Position numbers and translations under genes: made by a program. A stretch of DNA of 64,000 nt from Parcubacteria group bacterium. Its GTDB lineage: Bacteria; Patescibacteriota; Minisyncoccia; Moranbacterales; UBA2206. Where the stretch lies: positions 253,274 to 317,273 of the forward strand of contig JBAZYF010000001.1 of assembly GCA_041659505.1 (NCBI GenBank), written 5' to 3'. The notes under the pieces are model-generated. The model searched no databases. It was given only the letters and a program-made list of their open reading frames with translations, and was not told where the DNA came from. Within the stretch, counting starts at the first letter, position 1. Each line of letters starts with the position of its first letter. This document shows positions 37,109-46,934 of the stretch, in pieces.

Positions 37109-38947
37109 ATGTGTGGAATCATCGGTTACATTGGCAAGCAAAAAGCGGCGCCCATTCTTTTGGAAGGACTACGCCAATTGGAATATCGCGGCTATGACAG
37201 TGCGGGAATTTCTGTCATTGAAAACGACAAAATAAAAACCATAAAAGCCGCAGGAAAAGTTGTCGCGCTTACCCAAAAGATGGAAAAACTAGAGCTGAAA
37301 AGTACCGTCGGCATCGCCCATACCCGCTGGGCCACGCACGGAAAACCATGCGATATCAATTCGCACCCACACGGCGACTGTCACGGAGATATTTTCTTGG
37401 TGCACAATGGCATCATTGAAAACTACCAAGAATTGAAAAAAATTCTTCTCAAAAAAAATCACAAATTCACTTCCGAAACCGATTCAGAAATCATTGCCCA
37501 TCTGATTGAAGAGTTTGGCAAAAAAATGGTTTTTAGAAAAGCCGTCTGCGAAGCTTTGAAACTGCTTCGTGGCACCTATGGCCTGGCGATCCTGAGCCGC
37601 AAAGAACCCGACAAACTGATTGTCGCACGCCTCGGCAGTCCCTTGGTTTTGGGCATCGGCAAAGATGAATTCATTGTTGCTTCAGATGTGAGCGCCATTG
37701 TTCGTCACACCAAAAAAGTGATCTACCTTGATGATGGCGAAGTAGCGGAAATTAATCGCACTGATTTTACTATTACTAATGTTAAAAACAAACCGGTGAG
37801 TAAAGAAATTGCCGAGTTAAATTGGACGATAGAAAAATCACAAAAGAACGGCTTTGCGCATTTCATGCTCAAGGAAATTTTTGAACAGCCCGCAGCAATC
37901 CGTAACGGACTGCGTGGCAGAATCGATACTTTTTTACGCGAGAATACGGCGCCGATTCTGGGCGGTTTGCACTCAGTGGAAAGACGCTTGCGCAAAATCA
38001 ATAGAATTATCATCGTCGCTTGCGGCACCTCCTATTATTCCGGACTGGTCGGCGAATATATGCTCGAAGAATATGCCGGCATTCCAACCGAAGTGGAATA
38101 TGCCAGCGAATTTCGTTATCGCAAAATTCTGGTCGATGAAAAAACGGCCGTTATCGCGATTTCCCAATCGGGTGAAACAGCCGATACGCTCGCCGCGATC
38201 CGGGAAGCGAAAAATAAAGGGGCGCTGACTTTGGGAATTGTGAACGTTGTCGGCTCGACTATCGCCCGCGAAACCGAAGCAGGAACATATACACTGTCAG
38301 GTCCGGAGATTGGCGTCGCATCGACCAAAGCTTTCACTTCCCAACTGACCGCCCTCACAATTTGGACACTGATGCTCGGTCGACAACGCGATATGTCCTT
38401 TGTGATGAGCAAAAGAATCGCCCAAGAGCTCAAGAAAATTCCAGAACTGATTGAGAGCATTTTGAAAAAATCAGGAGAAATTAAAAAAATCGCGGACAAA
38501 TACTGCGCGGCGAAAGATTTTCTCTATTTGGGCAGAAAATATAATTTTCCAATCGCGCTGGAAGGAGCATTGAAGATCAAAGAAATTTCCTATGTACATG
38601 CCGAAGGTTATCCCTCAGGAGAAATGAAGCACGGCCCGCTAGCACTCATCGACGAAACTTTTCCGGCAATTTTTATCGCTCCACGTGATAGTGTCTACGA
38701 AAAAAATATCAGCGGGATGATGGAAATCAAGGCTCGTGGCGGACGTATCATTGCCATCGCAAGCCTTGGAGACGAAGAGATCAAAAAAATTGCTGATGAT
38801 GTGATCTATATCCCCAAGACCATCGAGATGCTCACACCATTCCTCGCCATCATTCCTTTGCAACTTTTCGCCTACTACTTCGGCGTCGCCAAAGGATTGG
38901 ATGTCGACAAGCCGAGAAATTTAGCCAAGAGCGTAACCGTGGAATAA
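37109..38947 (+). CDS. glmS: Glutamine--fructose-6-phosphate aminotransferase
   Basis: MCGIIGYIG N-terminus, two SIS domains, C-terminal ...VTVE. Confidence 0.95.
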   Translation: MCGIIGYIGKQKAAPILLEGLRQLEYRGYDSAGISVIENDKIKTIKAAGKVVALTQKMEKLELKSTVGIAHTRWATHGKPCDINSHPHGDCHGDIFLVHNGIIENYQELKKILLKKNHKFTSETDSEIIAHLIEEFGKKMVFRKAVCEALKLLRGTYGLAILSRKEPDKLIVARLGSPLVLGIGKDEFIVASDVSAIVRHTKKVIYLDDGEVAEINRTDFTITNVKNKPVSKEIAELNWTIEKSQKNGFAHFMLKEIFEQPAAIRNGLRGRIDTFLRENTAPILGGLHSVERRLRKINRIIIVACGTSYYSGLVGEYMLEEYAGIPTEVEYASEFRYRKILVDEKTAVIAISQSGETADTLAAIREAKNKGALTLGIVNVVGSTIARETEAGTYTLSGPEIGVASTKAFTSQLTALTIWTLMLGRQRDMSFVMSKRIAQELKKIPELIESILKKSGEIKKIADKYCAAKDFLYLGRKYNFPIALEGALKIKEISYVHAEGYPSGEMKHGPLALIDETFPAIFIAPRDSVYEKNISGMMEIKARGGRIIAIASLGDEEIKKIADDVIYIPKTIEMLTPFLAIIPLQLFAYYFGVAKGLDVDKPRNLAKSVTVE

Positions 38948-39034
38948 TTTCTGGTCAACCGGAAATTGCTCGCTTTGGCAAAAATTATTCTTTATGCTAA
39001 ACTCTGTTTAGTAATTAATAATTTTAAAAAATAT

Positions 39035-39367
39035 ATGAATCTTGAAGGAAAAGTTTATGGGTATGAAAAAAAAGTGCTCGCCGTTATTGTGCTAGTTGTC
39101 TTTGTAGCGGGGGCAATGTTTTATGCCGGTGCAAAGTATGAAAAAAGAAAATTAGATAAATTGGGACTTTTGAGAAATGCTCCGGCCAAAACAGCCAAAA
39201 AGAAAGAGGCCCCAAAGAATCCACCAGCTGAAAATGCCACACCAGAAGATAATTCCACTACTCCAAACAAGCAGGACAACACAGCCCCAGCCGCGCCTGA
39301 AGCAAATCCGGGAGCTCCAAAAGCGCCAACTGCAACTACTCCAGCCACCATGCCAGTACAAAACTAG
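39035..39367 (+). CDS. Membrane-anchored Pro/Ala/Thr-rich low-complexity protein
   Basis: One TM followed by a PAT-rich tail; followed by a terminator. Confidence 0.4.
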   Translation: MNLEGKVYGYEKKVLAVIVLVVFVAGAMFYAGAKYEKRKLDKLGLLRNAPAKTAKKKEAPKNPPAENATPEDNSTTPNKQDNTAPAAPEANPGAPKAPTATTPATMPVQN

Positions 39368-39393
39368 ATTCTGTTATAACTTACTTAAAAAAA

Positions 39394-39422
39394 CTACGAC
39401 CAATCGGTCGTAGTTTTTGTTT
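39394..39422 (+). terminator. Intrinsic terminator
   Basis: ctacgaccaatcggtcgtag followed by TTTTTGTTT. Confidence 0.6.
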
Positions 39423-39497
39423 GCCCTTGCGCTCTTCCCTTTTTGGGAAATATGGTATAGAATAAAAACTCGAGTAATTTAAGTTAATTTTTGTCTT

Positions 39498-40949
39498 ATG
39501 TCAGCAAACGAGCTAGCAATCAGGTTTAATGAGGTTTCCTTTGAATTTGCTAAAAACAAAGTCATCCTGGATGATGCTTCTTTTTCTTTGCGCCAAGGAG
39601 CAAAAGTGACTTTAATGGGTCAAAACGGTGCGGGGAAAACCACGCTATTGGAACTGATCACGGGAAGCCTGAAACCCAAATCCGGCACGATCCATCTGGC
39701 CAAAAATCTCACCATTGCCTATGCCAAACAAGTCATTCCGCGCGAAGAATTGGAACTCACTGTCACGGAGTTTTTTGCTAAACGTTTTTCGGAAAAAATC
39801 TATAACCTCTCTCCGCGCATCGACAAAGTTTTGGACGTGGTCAACCTCAAAGCACCGCATGACCGAGTGGTCAAATCTTTTTCCGGTGGCCAGCAAGCGC
39901 GCCTACTCCTCGCCTCCGCGCTCATCACTGATCCAGATCTTTTGATCCTCGACGAACCGACCAACAATCTTGATCCGGCCGGCATCATGCATCTCACGCA
40001 GTTTTTGATCGATTATAACAAAACATGTCTCGTCATTTCCCATGACGCCGATTTTCTCAATTCCTTCACTGATGGCGTGCTGTATCTTGATATTTTTAAT
40101 CACAAAACACAACAGTATCAAGGCGACTATTATTCCGTCGTGGAAGAAATTGCCGCGCAGATTGAAAAAGAAAAACGCAAAAATGCCCAATATGAAAAAG
40201 AAATTATTGCTAACAAGGAAAAGGCCAACTTCTTCGCCAACAAAGGTGGCAAGATGCGTCTCGTTGCTCGGCGGATGCGTGACAAAGCGGCTGAAATGGA
40301 AGAAGCCAAAGTGGACGTCAGAAGAGAAGACAAAGCCATCAGAGAATTTGAAATCCCCTGCCAGACGGAACTGGGCGGAGAAATTCTCCACATCGATTCG
40401 GTCACGATCGTGAAAAATTACGAACCGACAGAAAAAAATGTCAATGTATCTCTGCGCAAAAACGAGCACCTTTTGCTTTCCGGACCAAACGGCATCGGCA
40501 AAAGCACTCTACTTGAATCGATTGCTAAGCAGGAAACGCTGAGCGCCAAAATTGCCGAAGGTGTGCGCGTCGGCTATTATCGCCAAGATTTTTCCACGCT
40601 TAATTTTGAAGACACGGTCTATGATTCATTGCTCTCTGTGATGCTTTTAAAAGACGAAGAAAAGATGCGTTCTGTCGCCTCTGGATTTCTCATTACCAAA
40701 GATCTAGTTTACTCTAAAATCGGCAGTCTTTCGGAAGGTCAAAAAGGTTTGGTCGCTTTTGCCCAATTAGTACTTCTGGAACCAGGGCTCCTAATTCTTG
40801 ACGAGCCAACCAATCACATCAATTTTCGCCATCTGCCAATCATCGCTAAAGCGCTGGATGAGTACAAAGGCGCGATGGTTTTGGTTAGTCATGTGCCGGA
40901 CTTTGTGATGCAAATCAGGATTGACGAAGTGCTGGATCTGGAAAGATAG
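39498..40949 (+). CDS. ABC-F-family ATPase (two NBDs, no TMD)
   Basis: Two Walker A motifs (GQNGAGKTT and GPNGIGKST), two ABC signatures (FSGGQQARL and LSEGQKGL) and an inter-domain linker. Confidence 0.85.
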   Translation: MSANELAIRFNEVSFEFAKNKVILDDASFSLRQGAKVTLMGQNGAGKTTLLELITGSLKPKSGTIHLAKNLTIAYAKQVIPREELELTVTEFFAKRFSEKIYNLSPRIDKVLDVVNLKAPHDRVVKSFSGGQQARLLLASALITDPDLLILDEPTNNLDPAGIMHLTQFLIDYNKTCLVISHDADFLNSFTDGVLYLDIFNHKTQQYQGDYYSVVEEIAAQIEKEKRKNAQYEKEIIANKEKANFFANKGGKMRLVARRMRDKAAEMEEAKVDVRREDKAIREFEIPCQTELGGEILHIDSVTIVKNYEPTEKNVNVSLRKNEHLLLSGPNGIGKSTLLESIAKQETLSAKIAEGVRVGYYRQDFSTLNFEDTVYDSLLSVMLLKDEEKMRSVASGFLITKDLVYSKIGSLSEGQKGLVAFAQLVLLEPGLLILDEPTNHINFRHLPIIAKALDEYKGAMVLVSHVPDFVMQIRIDEVLDLER

Positions 40950-41015
40950 TTTTGTTTTTTATTTTGACTTTTTATGCTAAGCTGGAAGTATTAATCTAAC
41001 ATATTCACGTGGATT

Positions 41016-42137
41016 ATGATTATCCTCCAAATCATCTTTTTTCTTTCCTTGGCTGTCGTTATTCTTTTTGGTTCGCACTATTTTCTCTATACTTCACTCA
41101 TCAAGTTTTTTCCTTTTTTTAGTAGCCATAAGCTGGGTCTAATCATCACCCTGAGCATCTTGGCGCTCAGTTTTTTTCTCACTTCCTATTTTGCCCATCA
41201 ACGCGAAGATCTAATTACTCGCATCAGCTATTTCCTGTCTGGTTTTTGGCTAGGACTACTTGCTAATCTGACGCTAGCGCTCATACTGATTTGGCTTTTG
41301 CATTGGATCTTCCAATTTGCCAACATTACCTTTGACATCTCAATGACGGCGGCGATTTTTCTTGGCGTGGCTCTTGTAGTTTCGGTCGTGGGAGCGTGGG
41401 ACGCTTTTCAGCCGAGGATAAAAAACATCGCGGTTACCATTCCCAATCTACCACCCAATTGGCAAAACAAAAAAATCGTCCAGCTGTCCGATGTGCATCT
41501 AGGACTAATCTATCAAAAAGATTTCTTGGAAAAAATTGTTGCTTTGACTAATTCAGTCAATCCCGAATTAGTCGTGATTACCGGTGACCTGTTTGACGGT
41601 ACGGACAATACGGATCTGGATGCGCTAACTGTTCCACTCAATCATCTCAAGCCCAAACGGGGCGTCTTTTTCGTGAACGGCAACCACGAGACCTATCTTG
41701 GGACAGACATTGCAGATAAAGCTCTCCAAAAAACGCAAGTGAAAATTCTCGACGATCAGGTAGTGGATATCAACGGTCTCAAACTGATCGGCCTGAGTTA
41801 TCCTGAGCGTGATCTGAAAAAAGACGTTGTCGCTACACTATCCCAGCTGAAGCCTCAATTTTTCGACTCACCCAACATTCTGCTTTATCACGCCCCAACT
41901 AACATCGAAGCCTTTGCTAATAACGGCGTCAATCTGCAATTGTCCGGCCACACCCATCTGGGACAACTTTTTCCTTTCAATTTTATTACCAAGTTGATTT
42001 ATCACGGCTATGATTATGGCCTGCACACGATCGGAGATTATACACTCTACACAACAAGTGGCATCGGCACCTGGGGACCAACTATGCGGACTGATAGTCG
42101 ACCGGAAATTGTGGTGATCACACTTGAGAAAAAATAA
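41016..42137 (+). CDS. Membrane-anchored metallophosphoesterase (calcineurin-like)
   Basis: N-terminal TM helices; motifs QLSDVHLG, GDLFDG and GNHE. Confidence 0.85.
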   Translation: MIILQIIFFLSLAVVILFGSHYFLYTSLIKFFPFFSSHKLGLIITLSILALSFFLTSYFAHQREDLITRISYFLSGFWLGLLANLTLALILIWLLHWIFQFANITFDISMTAAIFLGVALVVSVVGAWDAFQPRIKNIAVTIPNLPPNWQNKKIVQLSDVHLGLIYQKDFLEKIVALTNSVNPELVVITGDLFDGTDNTDLDALTVPLNHLKPKRGVFFVNGNHETYLGTDIADKALQKTQVKILDDQVVDINGLKLIGLSYPERDLKKDVVATLSQLKPQFFDSPNILLYHAPTNIEAFANNGVNLQLSGHTHLGQLFPFNFITKLIYHGYDYGLHTIGDYTLYTTSGIGTWGPTMRTDSRPEIVVITLEKK

Positions 42138-42346
42138 TTTTTGCTAATTTTTCTTGCCTCGCTCTTTTTTTTCTGTTAGAATAATTTTAGACCAACCGAA
42201 AGAAAAAAGTTATGCAATTTTCCCGAAAAAATAAACTGATTTTCCAAGCACTGGCTGAGCTGGTAATGTTTTACAATGCAGATTGATAATTTTCCAAAGC
42301 GCCTTATGGCGTTTTTTAATAACCACTCACGGGATAAAATAAAAAT

Positions 42347-43024
42347 ATGGCTGATAGCACAAACCAAATTGATTTACCAGAAGAACAATCAACCAAATCC
42401 GGAAAAATATTCTTTCTGGTTTTTGGCTTACTCATCGCCGGATCGGTGTTCGCTACTTATTTACGCATAATGGTCCAAAAAAACTATACCATCGAAGCTC
42501 AGACGGAGTGCGACCCCTATACGCAAAAATGTTTCGCTTGGTTTTGTGATCCGGCATCGGACGTAGACGGAGAAGCATGCACCGGCGACCCCGACAATGA
42601 TAATTGGTACTATAAACTTTCCAAAAGAAACGCTTCGAAAATTCCCCTTTGCGATCCGGTCACCGACGAAACTTGCCAGCCGATGCTTTGCGACCCAGGA
42701 GAAAAAGATTGCGAAGACATTTATTGCAACGAAGAAAATAAAATTGAGCAAGAAGTGGAATGCAGTGATCCGGAAGAATATACTAAAAATAATCCACCAG
42801 AAGAGGAAGACGCGATAGACGAATCAACTGAAACTTGCGCGTCAGATGATGCGGAGTGTCAAGCGAATGAGACAATTCCATCTACTGACGAAACAATCCC
42901 GCCTACTGATGAAGTAAATACAGCCACTGATAGCTCATGCACACCTGGTGATCCAGCTTGTCAGACTGCTCCAGCTCAACCAAACACAACCAACCCCGAG
43001 CCAACCGTTTTTCCTGCAAATTAG
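42347..43024 (+). CDS. Membrane-anchored acidic Cys-rich protein with repeated C-D-P motifs
   Basis: One TM, then ECDPYTQKC, FCDPASDVDGEAC and LCDPVTDETCQPMLCDPGEKDCEDIYC. Confidence 0.5.
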   Translation: MADSTNQIDLPEEQSTKSGKIFFLVFGLLIAGSVFATYLRIMVQKNYTIEAQTECDPYTQKCFAWFCDPASDVDGEACTGDPDNDNWYYKLSKRNASKIPLCDPVTDETCQPMLCDPGEKDCEDIYCNEENKIEQEVECSDPEEYTKNNPPEEEDAIDESTETCASDDAECQANETIPSTDETIPPTDEVNTATDSSCTPGDPACQTAPAQPNTTNPEPTVFPAN

Positions 43025-43101
43025 TCGATTAATGTTTGACTTTAATATGCAATAAAAAGAGAAATCGTCACTTGTTTCTCTTTTCTTTTTTTGAAACTGC
43101 A

Positions 43102-43626
43102 ATGACAATTTTTTGGGCAATTCTACAACTCGCGCTTATCATCTTAATCGTCCCACTGACACTCTATGGTTTTATCATCGGCGCGCCGATCTTTTTTTCG
43201 CCCAAAAAAGGCATCGGAGAAATTCTCGCTGAGTGCCATGTTAAACCGGGAGAAAAATTCTATGACCTGGGCGCCGGCAACGGTCGAGCAATGATTCTCG
43301 CGGCCAAAAAATTTAACCTGGACGTCTATGGTTTTGAATTATCACCGCTTTTAGTCTTAATCGCTAAACTTAATTTATTACTTTGCGGAGTAAAAAAATC
43401 CACCATCTATCTCAAAAATTTATATAACGAAGATCTGAGTAATGCCGACATCATTTTTTGCTTTCTCACTCCCAAAGCGATGGAGCGCCTCCGACCAAAA
43501 TTTGAAAAAGAGTTGAGGCCTGGCACAAGAATAATTTCCTATGCCTTTCCACTCAAAGACTGGCAACCAAAAAAAATCATCCGCAATGGTTATCCGGGGA
43601 ATATGTATCTCTACGAAAAAAGCTAG
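43102..43626 (+). CDS. Class I SAM-dependent methyltransferase with an N-terminal TM
   Basis: Motif I YDLGAGNGRAMILAA; the track start 43036 is an alternative. Confidence 0.7.
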   Translation: MTIFWAILQLALIILIVPLTLYGFIIGAPIFFSPKKGIGEILAECHVKPGEKFYDLGAGNGRAMILAAKKFNLDVYGFELSPLLVLIAKLNLLLCGVKKSTIYLKNLYNEDLSNADIIFCFLTPKAMERLRPKFEKELRPGTRIISYAFPLKDWQPKKIIRNGYPGNMYLYEKS

Positions 43627-43714
43627 AAGCTTTTTTCATTGACAGTCCGCCAATTTTCCGCTAAACTGCCAAATCATTTCAAACTTAAAAAATTCTAATT
43701 CATTTCAAACTATT

Positions 43715-44713
43715 ATGGACAACACCGCTGCTTTTCTTGCCAATCACTGGATCCTCATTGCATTCATGGCGCCATTATTTTGGTCGCTGGTGAATATCAT
43801 TGATGTCTATTTCGTCGATGGCATCTACAAAGATGAGCTTGATGGTTCAATCATCTCCGGACTTTTCCAAATCATCCCCTGGTTCATTCTCATCTTTCTT
43901 GTCGACATCAGATTGGTGGATATATTCAATCCCCAAGATCCTAATACTTTTTTCTTCATAGATAATACCCTACTTCTATCTCTTTTTGGCGGTATCGTAT
44001 ATGTTTTGGGAATTTATTTCTATTTCAAAGCTCTTTTCAACTCTAATGACGCGCCACTTTTGCAGATTCTCGCCAATATGGCCGTGATCGCCGTTCCCCT
44101 TTTTTCATTTCTCCTCTTCAGGGAGCAGCTACCGCTTTCCGGCTACACTGGGATGCTCATCACTTTTTGTGGCGCCACTGTCCTCTCTTTCAATCCGCAT
44201 CTGCGAAAAAAACTTTCCGGTAAATATTTCAAAATAATGCTCGGCGCCGTGCTTTTGATGTCACTTAGCATGGTGATTGAAAATCACGCTTATGGCCTCC
44301 TGGAGAATTCCTATGGGGCAAGAAGTTTTTGGTTGGGCTTTCTTTTTTTCAGTCTCGGCGCCTTTCTGGGCGCGCTGCTCCTGGCGATCTATGCTAAACG
44401 AAATCCACTGCCCACAATCAGGAAATATTATGGCATCTTTTTTATCGGCGAAGGTCTGTATTTTTTGGGCAATTTCGCTTCCCAAAAGGCCATCTCAATC
44501 GCCCCTTCCGTCTCATATGTCGCCCTGATCGAAACTTTCGGTCCAGTTTTCATCATGGCATATAGCCTCCTCATCATCTTTTTCTCTTCTTTTCTCCTGC
44601 ACAAAAAAACCGCGGCCGTGAAAAGGATCTATTCTGAGCAGATCGGCGGAATTTGGGTAAAAGTTTTGGCAACAGTAATCATGGCGGTTGGTGTTTATGT
44701 CATCAGCTCCTAG
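43715..44713 (+). CDS. Polytopic membrane protein (DMT/EamA-like transporter topology)
   Basis: About 10 TM helices; no catalytic motif. Confidence 0.55.
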   Translation: MDNTAAFLANHWILIAFMAPLFWSLVNIIDVYFVDGIYKDELDGSIISGLFQIIPWFILIFLVDIRLVDIFNPQDPNTFFFIDNTLLLSLFGGIVYVLGIYFYFKALFNSNDAPLLQILANMAVIAVPLFSFLLFREQLPLSGYTGMLITFCGATVLSFNPHLRKKLSGKYFKIMLGAVLLMSLSMVIENHAYGLLENSYGARSFWLGFLFFSLGAFLGALLLAIYAKRNPLPTIRKYYGIFFIGEGLYFLGNFASQKAISIAPSVSYVALIETFGPVFIMAYSLLIIFFSSFLLHKKTAAVKRIYSEQIGGIWVKVLATVIMAVGVYVISS

Positions 44714-44725
44714 TTACAAAAATCC

Positions 44726-44916
44726 TTGACAAATAGATACGACTAAGCTACATTTGATTTATTAAAATATAGGATATGAATTTTTCACACCAAACAATCT
44801 CAATCCGTCGTCATAGACTTTCAAGAAATTACTTGAGGTTGTTTGAGAGTGCTCACATTGAATAATCAGCTACTTTGAACTCTTACATGCAGCCTCAAGT
44901 GAGGCTGTTTTTGTTC
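44726..44916 (+). ncRNA. Candidate small RNA or microORF unit: promoter TTGACA-17-TACATT, a roughly 150-nt transcript, and a terminator
   Basis: -35 at 44726..44731, -10 at 44749..44754, a 29-codon ORF MNFSHQTISIRRHRLSRNYLRLFESAHIE, and the hairpin cagcctcaagtgaggctg + TTTTTG at 44891..44916. Confidence 0.35.
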
Positions 44917-44958
44917 TTTTACCCAAACAACACATAACCCCAAGAAAGGAGGACTCTA

Positions 44959-45456
44959 ATGACAGTTTCCATAGAAAGTTGGGAAAAATTGGCAAAAGCT
45001 TTGCAAAAAGAAGCTACAATTATGGGCTATCGGAATACGGCGAAAAATCTCTCCGACCTATATCTGGAAGATTTGGCCGTTATTAAACAAAACCGGATTG
45101 GCGATATCATAACTTTTGGTGGATTATGGTCGACAACGGAAGAAAAATGCCTCGAGGCGGGATCATTTTGGGTCCATCCGGAATATCGGAATAAAAAACA
45201 TTCCTCTTGGATGTTTCAACGATTGTCTGAAAAAATTCCAACTGGCTATCTTGCAATGTGTATTACCCATGTCGATAAAGTGGCCCACTTAGTGATCAAA
45301 TCCGGTTGGTCAGAGTCAAGCAAGGAAAATTGGCATAGTGCCGTTCCTTTCGCCGCTTCATGTGGCCCTTGCGATGTGGTTGCAGATAACGAAAAAATGA
45401 CCTGCCCCCACATGGCGACAAAAAGTTTGTGTAGAATGTTCTATAAAATTGGATAA
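44959..45456 (+). CDS. Hypothetical protein (165 aa)
   Basis: Strong RBS aaggaggactctaATG. Confidence 0.5.
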   Translation: MTVSIESWEKLAKALQKEATIMGYRNTAKNLSDLYLEDLAVIKQNRIGDIITFGGLWSTTEEKCLEAGSFWVHPEYRNKKHSSWMFQRLSEKIPTGYLAMCITHVDKVAHLVIKSGWSESSKENWHSAVPFAASCGPCDVVADNEKMTCPHMATKSLCRMFYKIG

Positions 45457-45518
45457 ATCATCCGGGCGGGTATCTAAAAAATTAGATACCCGCCAAACTA
45501 AACTAACCAAAAAAATTT

Positions 45519-46442
45519 ATGACAACTATTGAAAAATTATTGATAGAAATGCTCAAAATCGACTCCGTTTCCGGAAATGAAAAGGATCTTGGTAATCTTA
45601 TTGTACAAAAATTAGAAGGTTTTAAGATAAAAAAACAATTTATCGGAAAGGGAAGGTTTAATATCATCGCCAAAAAAGGAAACTCTGATGTATGGCTGGT
45701 CGGGCATCTTGATACGGTGCCTGGAGCAGTGCCGATCAGAATAACAAAAGAAAAAATTTATGGCCGTGGCGCTTGTGATAATAAGGGTAATCTGGCGGGA
45801 GCGATCCTGGTGGGGAAGAAATTAAAAAACATCAACCTCCTATTCACTGTTGGAGAAGAGGTAGATTTCGCCGGAGCGGAAAAGGTCAAGATAAAGGGAT
45901 CTAAAATTATTGTTTTGGAGCCAACTATGCTAAAAGTTATGACGGGACAATTAGGGATAATCGCCTACTCGATCAGCACCAAAGGAAAAGAAAAACACAC
46001 ATCATTGCCCTTCACTGATAAAGAAAATGCCATCCATGAGCAGATAAAAATATGCAATTATTTGAGAGAGAAAAACTTCAATGCTTTCAATGTAGGGAAA
46101 ATAAGCGGTGGCTTAGCAGATAATATTGTCGCCGGAAACTCCGTGATGGATATTTCCCTGCGACCAAAAGATGGAAAAGAATACGCCCAAGCACTAAGCA
46201 TCTTCAAATCGCTACCGAAAAATTTCAACTGCAAAGTGAAATTAAAACACAAGTATGCACCATTTTTCACCAATTTAACCGTCAAAGGAGAAACAGCGCA
46301 ATTTTTTTCCGAAATGCAATTTTTCAAAAATAGCCTCCTGTTTGGTGCGGGAAATATCAAGCAAGCGCACGCTAACGATGAATATGTTTCAAGATCACAG
46401 CTGAACTCTCTTGAAAGAGAGCTATTGAAAATTATTCCATGA
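45519..46442 (+). CDS. M20-family metallopeptidase/deacylase (ArgE/DapE-like, short form)
   Basis: LVGHLDTVPG and GRGACDNKG (metal-binding D) with an M20-like layout. Confidence 0.65.
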   Translation: MTTIEKLLIEMLKIDSVSGNEKDLGNLIVQKLEGFKIKKQFIGKGRFNIIAKKGNSDVWLVGHLDTVPGAVPIRITKEKIYGRGACDNKGNLAGAILVGKKLKNINLLFTVGEEVDFAGAEKVKIKGSKIIVLEPTMLKVMTGQLGIIAYSISTKGKEKHTSLPFTDKENAIHEQIKICNYLREKNFNAFNVGKISGGLADNIVAGNSVMDISLRPKDGKEYAQALSIFKSLPKNFNCKVKLKHKYAPFFTNLTVKGETAQFFSEMQFFKNSLLFGAGNIKQAHANDEYVSRSQLNSLERELLKIIP

Positions 46443-46448
46443 TTTTTC

Positions 46449-46876
46449 TTGCCCCACCTGCTTTTCTTTGTTATACTAAAATTACCATAAAAAAATCAAG
46501 AATCATATGAAAACCTTTGGACAAGATACTGATCAAGCACGGATAGTTTTTAAATCATCGGCTAGGTCGATGGAAATAGCTTGCGTTTCAAATTAAATAT
46601 TGTCTCCCAACGCCCATTGTGGCGTTTTTTTGTCGCCCGAAGCGGAATTTGCCCAAAATAAAGGCATTCCTCCGCCATTGACAAACCCATTATTTTGTGC
46701 TAGGCTGGTAAGTTACTTTAGTCATGAAAAAACTAAGCTCTATGCCAAGAATGAAAAAAGAATTATTTCAGACAATTACCAATTATGCTTTTTCTCCAGA
46801 GAAAGCCGAGCTATTTTTTATTTTTTCTGCCAATAGTTAGTGTTCTTCTGGGGACGGCGTGCGCCGTCCTTTTTTG
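46449..46876 (+). ncRNA. Two tandem promoter-microORF-terminator units, candidate sRNAs or small proteins
   Basis: Unit 1: TTGCCC-17-TATACT (46449..46477), a 29-codon ORF at 46507..46596, terminator 46609..46633. Unit 2: TTGACA-17-TAGGCT (46678..46706), a 38-codon ORF at 46724..46840, terminator 46851..46876. Confidence 0.35.
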
Positions 46877-46934
46877 TACGTTTATATCCTATTGTGTCAC
46901 TGATAAATTAAAATAATTAATTAATTTTCTATTT

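Noticed and set aside
46600-46836. ORF 46600..46836+ (78 aa)
   Set aside because: It spans a terminator hairpin and the promoter of the next small unit. The region is better explained by two short promoter-microORF-terminator units.
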